DNA from: Salinispira sp.
GTDB taxonomy: Bacteria; Spirochaetota; Spirochaetia; DSM-27196; Salinispiraceae
Length of the DNA: 64,000 bases
Assembly: GCA_965602015.1 (NCBI GenBank)
Contig: OZ271918.1
Span: 2,176,001-2,240,000 of the forward strand
Direction: 5' to 3'
A program made the position numbers and the translations under genes. The stretch's first letter is position 1. Each line of letters opens with the position of its first letter. Positions 34,814 through 43,422 of this stretch are shown here, in pieces. The notes beneath the pieces are model-generated. The model was not told the origin of the DNA, did no database searches, and worked only from the letters and a program-made list of their open reading frames with translations.

Positions 34814-35824
34814 ATGCCAGCTGAAAATCTCAATGTATTTATTGCCGTCGCCGCAGGTCTTGTGAGTTTTGTAAGTCCCTGCGTTCTACCTCTGGTTCCC
34901 AGCTATATATCGTTTATCGGGGGACAGGGACTTGCTGAGCTAAAAGAAGGCCGGCAGAGCCGCGCCGCCCTCATGGGCAAGACCCTGTTTTTTGTGCTGG
35001 GTTTCACTGTGGTGTTCGTACTTCTGGGAATAGTGCTGAGCGGAACTGCCGCCGCGTTCAGCGGCGCCAACCGGGTTATTAACATTGTTGCCGGGGCCAT
35101 CGTATTTGTTTTTGGTGCGAACCTGCTGTTTAATTTTATCAGCTTCCTGAATTATGAAAAACGATTCCATCTCACCAGCAAACCCGCCGGGGCAGCGGGT
35201 TCGGCGCTCTTGGGCATGGCCTTCGCAGCCGGCTGGTCGCCGTGCATTGGACCCATTCTGGCAAGCATTTTGGCTCTGGCAGCCAGCGGAAGCTCGGTTG
35301 CCGGAGGAGCAACCCTGCTGGGTTTTTACTCACTCGGTTTGGCCCTGCCCTTCTTGCTAACCAGCGCTTTTCTCGGCAGCGCCGAGAGAATCATGAAGCG
35401 CATCAAGCCCCACATGATGCTGATCCAGCGGATCAGCGGGGTGATTCTCATTGTTATCGGCATTCTCATGATACTGGGGCACTACTCGAGAATAACCAAT
35501 TGGCTGGTACAGGCAAGTTTTCGCCTTCGGGCCTGGGATGCGGCGAACTCCGTGTTAAGCAGAATACTGTTCTCCGGTATCCTGGCAGTATTTGCCGGCT
35601 TGCAAATACCCGGTCTCGTAAGGACCTTGAGGAAAAACAGCGATGATGACCGGCAAAGCGGAGATAATCAGGATGCCGTTCTCGCATCCCATGGATGGCG
35701 GAAGTCTGCGCTGTGGCGCAGCGGGCTATTAGCCTCAACGCTCACCTTGAGCGTTTTGCAGGCCGCGGGAATCCTTCAGCTGCCGGTACTTTTAGCCGGT
35801 TGGCTGAGTTTCCAGGGGATATAA
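34814..35824 (+). CDS. ccdA: CcdA/DsbD transmembrane-domain protein
   Basis: SFVSPCVLPLVPSY, GWSPCIGPILASIL, YSLGLALPF. Confidence 0.9.
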   Translation: MPAENLNVFIAVAAGLVSFVSPCVLPLVPSYISFIGGQGLAELKEGRQSRAALMGKTLFFVLGFTVVFVLLGIVLSGTAAAFSGANRVINIVAGAIVFVFGANLLFNFISFLNYEKRFHLTSKPAGAAGSALLGMAFAAGWSPCIGPILASILALAASGSSVAGGATLLGFYSLGLALPFLLTSAFLGSAERIMKRIKPHMMLIQRISGVILIVIGILMILGHYSRITNWLVQASFRLRAWDAANSVLSRILFSGILAVFAGLQIPGLVRTLRKNSDDDRQSGDNQDAVLASHGWRKSALWRSGLLASTLTLSVLQAAGILQLPVLLAGWLSFQGI

Positions 35825-35856
35825 AAAAACGACGCCGGCCGGCGTCGTTTTTTTTT
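35823..35856. terminator. Bidirectional intrinsic terminator
   Basis: A7-CGACGCCGG/CCGGCGTCG-T9 between convergent ccdA and accA. Confidence 0.85.
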
Positions 35857-35869
35857 CTGTGACTAGTGA

Positions 35870-36847
35870 TTAACGGAATTTGAAGAGCTTCTTGAAAAAC
35901 CCGTCGTCCTGACCCGCATGGGGATCGTGGAAGACTCCGAGGCTTAACAGCCGCTGGCTCCGCTCCCGAAGCAGGGTTTCCACCTTTTTCTCTTTTAAGT
36001 CCCTGTACGTGCTCAAGATCGTTTCCTTCATGCGGCTGGCAACAAAGCTGGGATCCTCATGAGCGCCGGAGGGAGGCTCGGGAATAATCCCGTCGACTAT
36101 TCCGAAATTTTTAAGATGATAGCTGGTCATTTTCATCAACTCGGCGGCGAGCTGATTTTTCTTCGCATCCCTCAGAAGTATCGAGGCGAATCCCTCCGGT
36201 GAAATAACAGAATATGTTGAATTTTCAAGCATAAATACCCGGTCCGCGACGCCGATACCCAGGGCTCCGCCCGAACCGCCCTCGCCGATGACTATGGCGA
36301 TGACCGGCACCTCAAGAACCGAAAACACCTTGAGATTTGTCGCAATGGCCTCAGATATCCCCCGTTCCTCGCTCCCAATTCCGGGATAGGCACCGGCGGT
36401 ATCGATGAGGGTCACTATGGGACGTTTGAACTTCTCGGCCTGACGGGCCAGACGAAGAGCCTTCCGGTAGCCCTCAGGATGGGCCCATCCGTAATTCCGT
36501 CTGAGATTTTCCTTCATGGTACGGCCCTTTTGATGACCCATAAACGTGAAGTTGACCCCTCCGATTCGCGCTATGCCCCCGACCAAAGCCAGATCGTCCC
36601 CGAAAAGTCGGTCGCCATGGAGTTCCACATATTCGTCTGAAATCATGCCGATGTACTCAAGAACGTTCGGCCGGTCCTGATTACGCGCCAGCTCGACCCG
36701 CTGCCAGGCGGTCATGCCCGATGAATCTCCGGAATTTCCGCTGAGCTTGGCGCTGATGCGGTTCAGGTCGTCGTGGATATCGATCTGCTTTACGCTGGCG
36801 AGGTTTTTTAGTTCTTTTATTTTTTTGTGAAGGTCTTTATCGCTCAT
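35870..36847 (-). CDS. accA: Acetyl-CoA carboxylase carboxyltransferase alpha
   Basis: ELHGDR, PEGYRKALR, IDTAGAYPG, GEGGSGGAL, YSVISPEG. Confidence 0.97.
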   Translation of the reverse strand: MSDKDLHKKIKELKNLASVKQIDIHDDLNRISAKLSGNSGDSSGMTAWQRVELARNQDRPNVLEYIGMISDEYVELHGDRLFGDDLALVGGIARIGGVNFTFMGHQKGRTMKENLRRNYGWAHPEGYRKALRLARQAEKFKRPIVTLIDTAGAYPGIGSEERGISEAIATNLKVFSVLEVPVIAIVIGEGGSGGALGIGVADRVFMLENSTYSVISPEGFASILLRDAKKNQLAAELMKMTSYHLKNFGIVDGIIPEPPSGAHEDPSFVASRMKETILSTYRDLKEKKVETLLRERSQRLLSLGVFHDPHAGQDDGFFKKLFKFR

Positions 36848-37731
36848 TAGTTTTCCTTGCTCCTTCCCGCTGGGCGGTGGGCGTCAATCAGGAAGGCCAG
36901 GGTATCTCGCATTTCGGATCGGGGAAGGATTTTATCGACAAAACCCTTTTGGAGCTGGAACTCCGCCCGCTGGAAACCCGCCGGCAGCTTCTGCTTCATA
37001 ATTCCCTCGATTACCCGGGGACCGGCAAAGCCGATGAGGGCATTCGGTTCGGCGAGGGTGACATCGCCGAGCATGGCAAAGCTCGCTGTCACCCCTCCGG
37101 TAGTCGGGTCGGTAAGTACGATAAACAGGGGCTGCCCTACCTGTTCGAGAAGCGCGGCGGCGTGAGAGGTTTTGGCCATTTGCATAAGGGAGAAAATCCC
37201 CTCGTGCATCCGCGCGCCTCCGGATGCGGTGAAGAGAATACAGGGAAGTCCCCGCTGGGCCGCGAGAAGTATGGCCCGGGCAATTTTTTCACCGACAACC
37301 GATCCCATGCTCCCGCCGAGAAACTGAAAGTTCATGATGCCCACGACGGTTTCCCGCCCTTCGATTTTACACACCGCGGTCTGAACCGCTTCGTTTAAGC
37401 CGGTTTTCTGCACGGTTCCCCGGACCTTTTCCTCATAATCCGGGAAATCAAGGGGGTTCAGGCTTTTGAGGTCATCGGAGAATTCCTGATATTCCCCGTT
37501 ATCCGCCAAAAAGCGAAGACGTTCCGCCGCTGAAATGCGGAAATGATGACCGCACTCGTAGCACACGTACATGTTATTTTTCAGTTTGTCGGCATCGAGA
37601 TGAGCGCCGCAGCTCGGGCATTTGTGCTCTTTCTGAAACAATACCCGGTCGTCATTCACCGAAAGGTCGGTGAATCTCATGCGCTTGCCGAAGAGCCGTT
37701 GAACGAATTTTGATACCTTTGCATCAGCCAT
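36847..37731 (-). CDS. accD: Acetyl-CoA carboxylase carboxyltransferase beta
   Basis: Zinc finger CPSC..CYEC, GGSMGSVVGEK, SGGARMHEG, PTTGGVTAS. Confidence 0.97.
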   Translation of the reverse strand: MADAKVSKFVQRLFGKRMRFTDLSVNDDRVLFQKEHKCPSCGAHLDADKLKNNMYVCYECGHHFRISAAERLRFLADNGEYQEFSDDLKSLNPLDFPDYEEKVRGTVQKTGLNEAVQTAVCKIEGRETVVGIMNFQFLGGSMGSVVGEKIARAILLAAQRGLPCILFTASGGARMHEGIFSLMQMAKTSHAAALLEQVGQPLFIVLTDPTTGGVTASFAMLGDVTLAEPNALIGFAGPRVIEGIMKQKLPAGFQRAEFQLQKGFVDKILPRSEMRDTLAFLIDAHRPAGRSKEN

Positions 37732-37734
37732 TGC

Positions 37735-39060
37735 TTAGTCCTCCTCGGCAAGAATATGAGTCAGCACGTCGGTGCCGTACTCTCCGCTTCGGAAAATTTT
37801 CGAATTGATAATTTTCTTCTGCACATCGATATTGGTGGGCACTCCCACCAGAGTCAGTTCGTCGAGAACCCGGTTCATCCGGTCGAGTCCCTCGTTCCGG
37901 TTCGCGGCGTAGCAGATCACCTTGGCTATCATCGAGTCGTAAAACGGTGAGACGCTGTACCCGTTGTAGAGGAAGCTGTCGATCCGCACACCGAAGCCGC
38001 CGGGAGGCAGATAATCGGTAATCTTCCCCGGGGCCTTGGCATTGACCCGGCATTCCACTGCATATCCTTCGAGCTTTACATCCTCTTGGGCGACGCTGAG
38101 CTTGTGGCCGGAGGCAACCCGTATCTGTTCCTTGATGATATCTACGCCGGTGACCATTTCGGTTACCGGGTGTTCTACCTGGACCCGGGCGTTCACTTCC
38201 ATAAAATAATACTCGCCGCCGGTTACCAAAAACTCGATGGTTCCGGCGCCGCAGTACTTGAGGCCCTTGAACAGGCGGACCGTGTCTTCACCCATTTTTT
38301 TCCGCATTTCGGGGGTCACCACTGTGGAGGGGCTCTCCTCCACGAGCTTTTGATGATTCTGTTGGCATGAGCAATCACGCTCACCGAGATGGACCACATT
38401 GCCGTGACTGTCCCCCATTATCTGTATTTCAACATGGCGGGGGTTTTCCAGATATTTTTCCAGATATACGGTTCCGTCGTTAAATGAGGCCTGGGCTTCG
38501 GCGGATGCGATACGCAGGGTGCCCACAAAATCATCGGGATCTCTGACAATTCTCATGCCCTTGCCGCCGCCGCCGGAAGCCGCCTTGATGATAACCGGAT
38601 AACCGATTTTATCGGCGGCTTTCTTTGCCGCTTCGGGATCATCGCCCAGGGAACCTTCGAGACCGGGAATTACCGGCACCCCGTACTTTTTCGCGGTTTC
38701 CTTGGCTTCGATTTTATCGCCCATCCGGGAGATAGTTTCGGGATCCGGACCGATCCAGATGAGGCCGGCCTTCTGAACTTCCCTGGCGAAGGTCGCGTTT
38801 TCACTCAGAAAACCGACTCCGGGATGAATGGCATCGGCACCCCGAAGAACGGCGGCGGATATGAGGTTTTCCATTTTCAAATAGCTGGATTTACTGGGAG
38901 CCGGACCGATGCAGACTGCGGTATCGGCCAACCTGACCGGGAGGGAGTGGGCGTCGGCTTCTGAATAAACGACGATGGACTTGATGCCCATCTCTTTGCA
39001 CGCCCGTACCACCCGAACTGCGATTTCTCCGCGGTTCGCGATAAGTATGGACTTGATCAT
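37735..39060 (-). CDS. accC: Biotin carboxylase
   Basis: IANRGEIAVR, KAASGGGGKGMR, ERDCS, FMEVNARVQVEHPVTE. Confidence 0.97.
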   Translation of the reverse strand: MIKSILIANRGEIAVRVVRACKEMGIKSIVVYSEADAHSLPVRLADTAVCIGPAPSKSSYLKMENLISAAVLRGADAIHPGVGFLSENATFAREVQKAGLIWIGPDPETISRMGDKIEAKETAKKYGVPVIPGLEGSLGDDPEAAKKAADKIGYPVIIKAASGGGGKGMRIVRDPDDFVGTLRIASAEAQASFNDGTVYLEKYLENPRHVEIQIMGDSHGNVVHLGERDCSCQQNHQKLVEESPSTVVTPEMRKKMGEDTVRLFKGLKYCGAGTIEFLVTGGEYYFMEVNARVQVEHPVTEMVTGVDIIKEQIRVASGHKLSVAQEDVKLEGYAVECRVNAKAPGKITDYLPPGGFGVRIDSFLYNGYSVSPFYDSMIAKVICYAANRNEGLDRMNRVLDELTLVGVPTNIDVQKKIINSKIFRSGEYGTDVLTHILAEED

Positions 39061-39542
39061 ATTCGTTTCACCTCAAAAAGCGGCGTTCCGTACTCAACCA
39101 TATCGCCGTTTTCAACCAGAATTTTGACGATTTCCATGTCATAATCTGCTTCCAGTTCATTCATGACCTTCATGGCCTCAAGGATACACAGGGTTGCGCC
39201 GGCTTTGACGCTGGACCCTTCCTCAACAAAGGGAGGGCTGTCCGGGGCCGCAGAGCGGTAGAAACTGCCGACAATGGGAGCCGTAATGGTTTCTGCTCCA
39301 GCAGTGCTCGGAGTGCTGCTTTTTGCCTCCCTGGCATCGGTATTCACCGAGGGAAAGGTCTGATTCGCCGCGCCCTGGTTGACCGCCGGGGCGGGAACCT
39401 GGCTGAACACACCGCCGTGCACAATGTGGGGCTCGTGGCCCTTTTTCAAGGTAATGCTCTCGTCGTTGAGCTTGTATCGAACTTCGGAAAGTCCACTGTC
39501 ATCAAATTTATCAATCAGTTCAAAAATATCTTTTATGTCCAT
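39057..39542 (-). CDS. accB: Biotin carboxyl carrier protein
   Basis: APIVGSFYR, ILEAMKVMNE; GGAGG RBS. Confidence 0.96.
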   Translation of the reverse strand: MDIKDIFELIDKFDDSGLSEVRYKLNDESITLKKGHEPHIVHGGVFSQVPAPAVNQGAANQTFPSVNTDAREAKSSTPSTAGAETITAPIVGSFYRSAAPDSPPFVEEGSSVKAGATLCILEAMKVMNELEADYDMEIVKILVENGDMVEYGTPLFEVKRI

Positions 39543-39738
39543 AAAGTAGTACCTCCACTGCGGGATTTGAATGCTGACTATCGACGTTATCAGCACTCGC
39601 CGCGGCCTGTCAACAAAATCGCCGTATTATTCTTGAATCTGATTCAAAAAACCTGCTAATATTAGATTATCTTCGGCAGCCCTTACTAGCATAAGCGCCG
39701 AGGAAAAATTATTCCACTGCAGCATGGAGAGTGTACAT

Positions 39739-40167
39739 ATGACCGATATCAAAAGCCTTTTGCCCCACCGAGAACCCTTTTTATTCGTCGACGAAATCCT
39801 TAAAGCAGACAAAGAAGGCATCGAGGCCACCCGGGTATACAGTTCGCAGGAGCCGTTTTTCGCGGGACATTTCCCGGAGTACCCGGTGGTCCCCGGGGTA
39901 ATCCTGGTTGAAACCATGGCCCAATGCGGCGGAGCCGGAGTCCGCCATGCGGGACTTCTGGAGAAGGGAAAACTGTTCTTTCTGGCCAGCATTGACAAGG
40001 TTAAGTTCCGCCGTCAGGTGCGGCCGGATGAAAAAGTCACCTTCGTCATTACCAATAACCGGGTTTCCGGACGGATGCTCAAGCAAAGCGGCATCGCGTA
40101 TGTCGGAGAAGAGGTTGCCGCGGAAGCCGAATGGATGTGCCTGGTGGGCGACGCGCCGATGGCGTAA
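39739..40167 (+). CDS. fabZ: 3-hydroxyacyl-ACP dehydratase
   Basis: LPHREPFLFVD, FFAGHFP..PVVPGVILVETMAQ. Confidence 0.95.
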   Translation: MTDIKSLLPHREPFLFVDEILKADKEGIEATRVYSSQEPFFAGHFPEYPVVPGVILVETMAQCGGAGVRHAGLLEKGKLFFLASIDKVKFRRQVRPDEKVTFVITNNRVSGRMLKQSGIAYVGEEVAAEAEWMCLVGDAPMA

Positions 40168-41306
40168 TCGGGAGCCCGGGCATCAAAAACGCAAAACAGA
40201 TAGACTTATTTCGGCCCGACGTGTCGGGCCGTTTTTTATTCCGGGAAAACCGCTTTGTAATCCGGGCGCTGTTGCCAGACGGAAACGAGGCACGGGTTCA
40301 TGCCCCAAATCCCGGGAGACTGCAGGAACTCTACATACCCGGGACCCGGGTAATTCTCGAACGTTCATTACAACATAAAAGGAAGCTGCCGTTGACCCTC
40401 GCGGCCATGGAACACCGCGGGCAATGGGTGCCCATGGTGAGCGCGGCGGCAAATCTGGTCGCCGGAGAACTGATTCTCCCGGAGCTTTATCCCGAGGGAG
40501 AAATTAGCAGGGAGGTCAGCCGGGGCTCCCACCGCTTTGACTTCTCGGTAAGAGAAGGAGACCGGAGGCAGACCTACCTGGAAGTAAAATCCTGTTCATT
40601 GGTCGAATCGGGCCTGGGGCTTTTTCCCGACGCTCCAAGCACGAGGGCCACAGGTCATGTGAACGCCTTGGCTGAAATGGCCGATAGCGGGGATTTCTCC
40701 GCGGCGATTGTGTTTGTGGTCAGCCACAGCGAACCGGAGTTTTTTGCGCCAAACTATCACAACGACCTGGATTTTGCCCGGGCCCTGCGGCACGCGGGAA
40801 AAACGGGAGTTGAGGTGCTTATTCGCAGCAGCTGCAGCGATGACCAGGGAAGGACCCGTCTTTCTGACGCAACGCAGCCAAAACTGCTGATAGACCGCAT
40901 TGAGAAAATCATCGTTGCTGACTCGGGCTGGTTACTGCGCTGTGCCCGGGGCGGAGGGGACTCATGGGTTTTTGACATGCGCTTTTACGGGCATGGCTTT
41001 GAGAACCAGTACGCCATTGCACAACGGAAGAGCCCCTCGGTGAAACACATAATTCCCCTTCGCAGCCCGGCAGCCGCGGATCTCGAACGGGAGTTCGCAG
41101 AGGGAATTCTGGAGCTGGAGACCGGTTCCAATGAGGACGGCGACCCCGATGGAGAAATCCGGCCACTTATCTTTGAGCCCGGCAAGGGGGCGAGTTGGGC
41201 GTTTCGCGCGTATCCCCTGGAGCATCGGGGTTTTAACCGTCTGTTGTTTTCCCTTCGGCATCGCCGTAGCAAAAACGACCTCTTGGCCGCTTCCCCAGTG
41301 TTTTAA
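40131..41306 (+). CDS. sfsA: SfsA family nuclease with C-terminal extension (start uncertain)
   Basis: RENRF, HAPNPGRLQEL, RFDF, YLEVKSCSL, FPDAPSTRATGH. Confidence 0.88.
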   Translation: MDVPGGRRADGVIGSPGIKNAKQIDLFRPDVSGRFLFRENRFVIRALLPDGNEARVHAPNPGRLQELYIPGTRVILERSLQHKRKLPLTLAAMEHRGQWVPMVSAAANLVAGELILPELYPEGEISREVSRGSHRFDFSVREGDRRQTYLEVKSCSLVESGLGLFPDAPSTRATGHVNALAEMADSGDFSAAIVFVVSHSEPEFFAPNYHNDLDFARALRHAGKTGVEVLIRSSCSDDQGRTRLSDATQPKLLIDRIEKIIVADSGWLLRCARGGGDSWVFDMRFYGHGFENQYAIAQRKSPSVKHIIPLRSPAAADLEREFAEGILELETGSNEDGDPDGEIRPLIFEPGKGASWAFRAYPLEHRGFNRLLFSLRHRRSKNDLLAASPVF

Positions 41307-41335
41307 ACTCTTTTTACCCGTATACTGGCGTCAAA

Positions 41336-43381
41336 TTAGCCGCTGTTTATCAGCTCCATAAACTCTTCCTCACTGACAATGGAAATGCCAAGCTTGCGGG
41401 CTTTGTCTAATTTTGAACCCGCAGACGCGCCGGCGAGCAGGTGGGTGGTTTTGCTGCTCACATCACTGACGGTTTCACCCCCCCGGGATTTCACCTCTTC
41501 CATTGCCTTGGAACGGGGTTTGAAGTTCTCAAAACTGCCGGTGACGCACCAGCGCTGACCGGCGAAGATTCCGTTCTCGTCCCTGGAGGGAGCCTCTCCG
41601 GCAGAAAAATTCAGCCCCAGCTTCTGCAGCTCTTCAACCATGGAACGGAACCGGGGCTCGGCGAGTTGCGCGGCGACGGTTTCGATGGTTTTCTCGCCGA
41701 CGCCCTTTATTTCCGCCAGCTTATCCTGCTCACCCCTGTCGATGAGGGCGAACAAGTCGTCGATGCTGCGATACCCCGCCTCTTCAAGCAGCTCCGCCAG
41801 TTTGGGGCCGAAGTCGTTCAAACCCAGGCTGACGATTACCCGCCGGTAGCTTCGCGTTTTTGCGTTCTCGATTCCCGAGCGGATCAGCTCGGCCTTTTTT
41901 TCTGCGAATCCCGGCAAGTCGGCTATCTTGCGATAGTCCAGGCGGAACAAATCGGGAATGTCATGTATGAGGCCTTCCTCAAGGAGGGTTACAACGGTTT
42001 CAGAGCCGAGATTGTCAATATCCATCTGATCCCGTCCGGTAAAAAAGATCAGCCGACCCCGTTTGCGGTCCGGACACGCAAAATTGGTGCAAAAGTGGTG
42101 GGCTCCCTGTTTTTCCAGAACTGTTGAACAGCTGGGGCAGCGCTCGGGCATGGTCCACAGCGGCGCACCACTCTCCCCTTTTTCCACCACCCGTTCGACG
42201 GCGGGAATGACATCGCCGCGGCGGGAAATCGCCACCGTATCACCGGGAGCGAGATTTAAACTGTCGATGTAATCCTGATTGTGCAGGGTTACGTTTTGAA
42301 TGGTGGTTCCCCCGACGGTAACCGCCTCAACCCTGGCGACCGGAGTTGCCCGGCCGGTCCGGCCGATCTGCACATCGATATCCCGCACCGTCGTCTGGCC
42401 CTCGGGACTCTCAAATTTATACGCAATGGCCCAGCGGGGGTGATGCCCGGTATACCCCAGGGTCTGGCGAAGGGGAAGCTCGTCGATCTTCAAAACCATT
42501 CCGTCTATTTCATAATCGAGGGATGCCCGGCGTTGTGTGCTGTCGGTGAGGAAGTCGATGATTTCATCCATGGCCCTCTGAACGTCGGCATCGTCATCAG
42601 GATCGACGGAGATGCACCGCTGATGGGGATTGACCGCCAATCCGAGCTCACTCAACAGCTCCAGGTTCCGGTGATGGGAATTCTGGAAATCCTCTCCAAA
42701 GGGTTCATAGGCGAAAAATCTCAGGGGTATTTTGGCCACTTCGCTGCTTTTTATTCGCCGAAGACTTCCGCTGGCGTAATTCCTGGGGTTTGCGTAGTCA
42801 GCACCGTGCTCATCCCTGATGCGGTGAAAATCGCTGATGGTCATGTACACTTCTCCGCGGATTGCGGCGTTGACCCCTCGCGTAAGTTTCAAGGGGATGG
42901 TTCGGATGGTTTTGACGTTGGCGCTGATATCGTTTCCCGTCTCTCCGTTGCCCCGGCTTACCGCCCGGGCGAGCACCCCGTCCTCGTAGTACAGCACCAA
43001 CGAAGAGCCGTCCATTTTTTCTTCTATTATTATGTGAAAGGAGCCGTCGAGCTGGCGGCTGCACCGTCGGATCCATTGGCGGATTTCTTCCGGTCCGTAG
43101 GCCTTATCGAGGCTGAGAACCGGAATGCTGTGCCTGACCTCGGGAAGCTCGGAGTTCAGATCTGAACCCACCCGCTGGCTTGGGCTGTCCGGAAGGATCA
43201 GCGACGGAAACTGCCCTTCGAGGCGAAGGAGTTCGTCGTAGAGCCGGTCATATTCCCGGTCGGATACGCTTGGGGCGTTTTTCACGTAGTACTCGAATTC
43301 ATAACGGCGAAGCATATCGCTCAAGTCCGCGATACGCTTCGCCGCTTCGTTTTCTGACATAGTGTTGACGTAGTCGCTCAT
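41336..43381 (-). CDS. ligA: NAD-dependent DNA ligase
   Basis: EEKMDG, SRGNGETG, IRGEV, ANPRNYASGSLR, PRWAIAYKF, zinc finger, BRCT. Confidence 0.97.
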   Translation of the reverse strand: MSDYVNTMSENEAAKRIADLSDMLRRYEFEYYVKNAPSVSDREYDRLYDELLRLEGQFPSLILPDSPSQRVGSDLNSELPEVRHSIPVLSLDKAYGPEEIRQWIRRCSRQLDGSFHIIIEEKMDGSSLVLYYEDGVLARAVSRGNGETGNDISANVKTIRTIPLKLTRGVNAAIRGEVYMTISDFHRIRDEHGADYANPRNYASGSLRRIKSSEVAKIPLRFFAYEPFGEDFQNSHHRNLELLSELGLAVNPHQRCISVDPDDDADVQRAMDEIIDFLTDSTQRRASLDYEIDGMVLKIDELPLRQTLGYTGHHPRWAIAYKFESPEGQTTVRDIDVQIGRTGRATPVARVEAVTVGGTTIQNVTLHNQDYIDSLNLAPGDTVAISRRGDVIPAVERVVEKGESGAPLWTMPERCPSCSTVLEKQGAHHFCTNFACPDRKRGRLIFFTGRDQMDIDNLGSETVVTLLEEGLIHDIPDLFRLDYRKIADLPGFAEKKAELIRSGIENAKTRSYRRVIVSLGLNDFGPKLAELLEEAGYRSIDDLFALIDRGEQDKLAEIKGVGEKTIETVAAQLAEPRFRSMVEELQKLGLNFSAGEAPSRDENGIFAGQRWCVTGSFENFKPRSKAMEEVKSRGGETVSDVSSKTTHLLAGASAGSKLDKARKLGISIVSEEEFMELINSG

Positions 43382-43422
43382 GAGTCCTCCGGGCGTATGG
43401 TTCCCGGGGGGACTTCCGGCGC

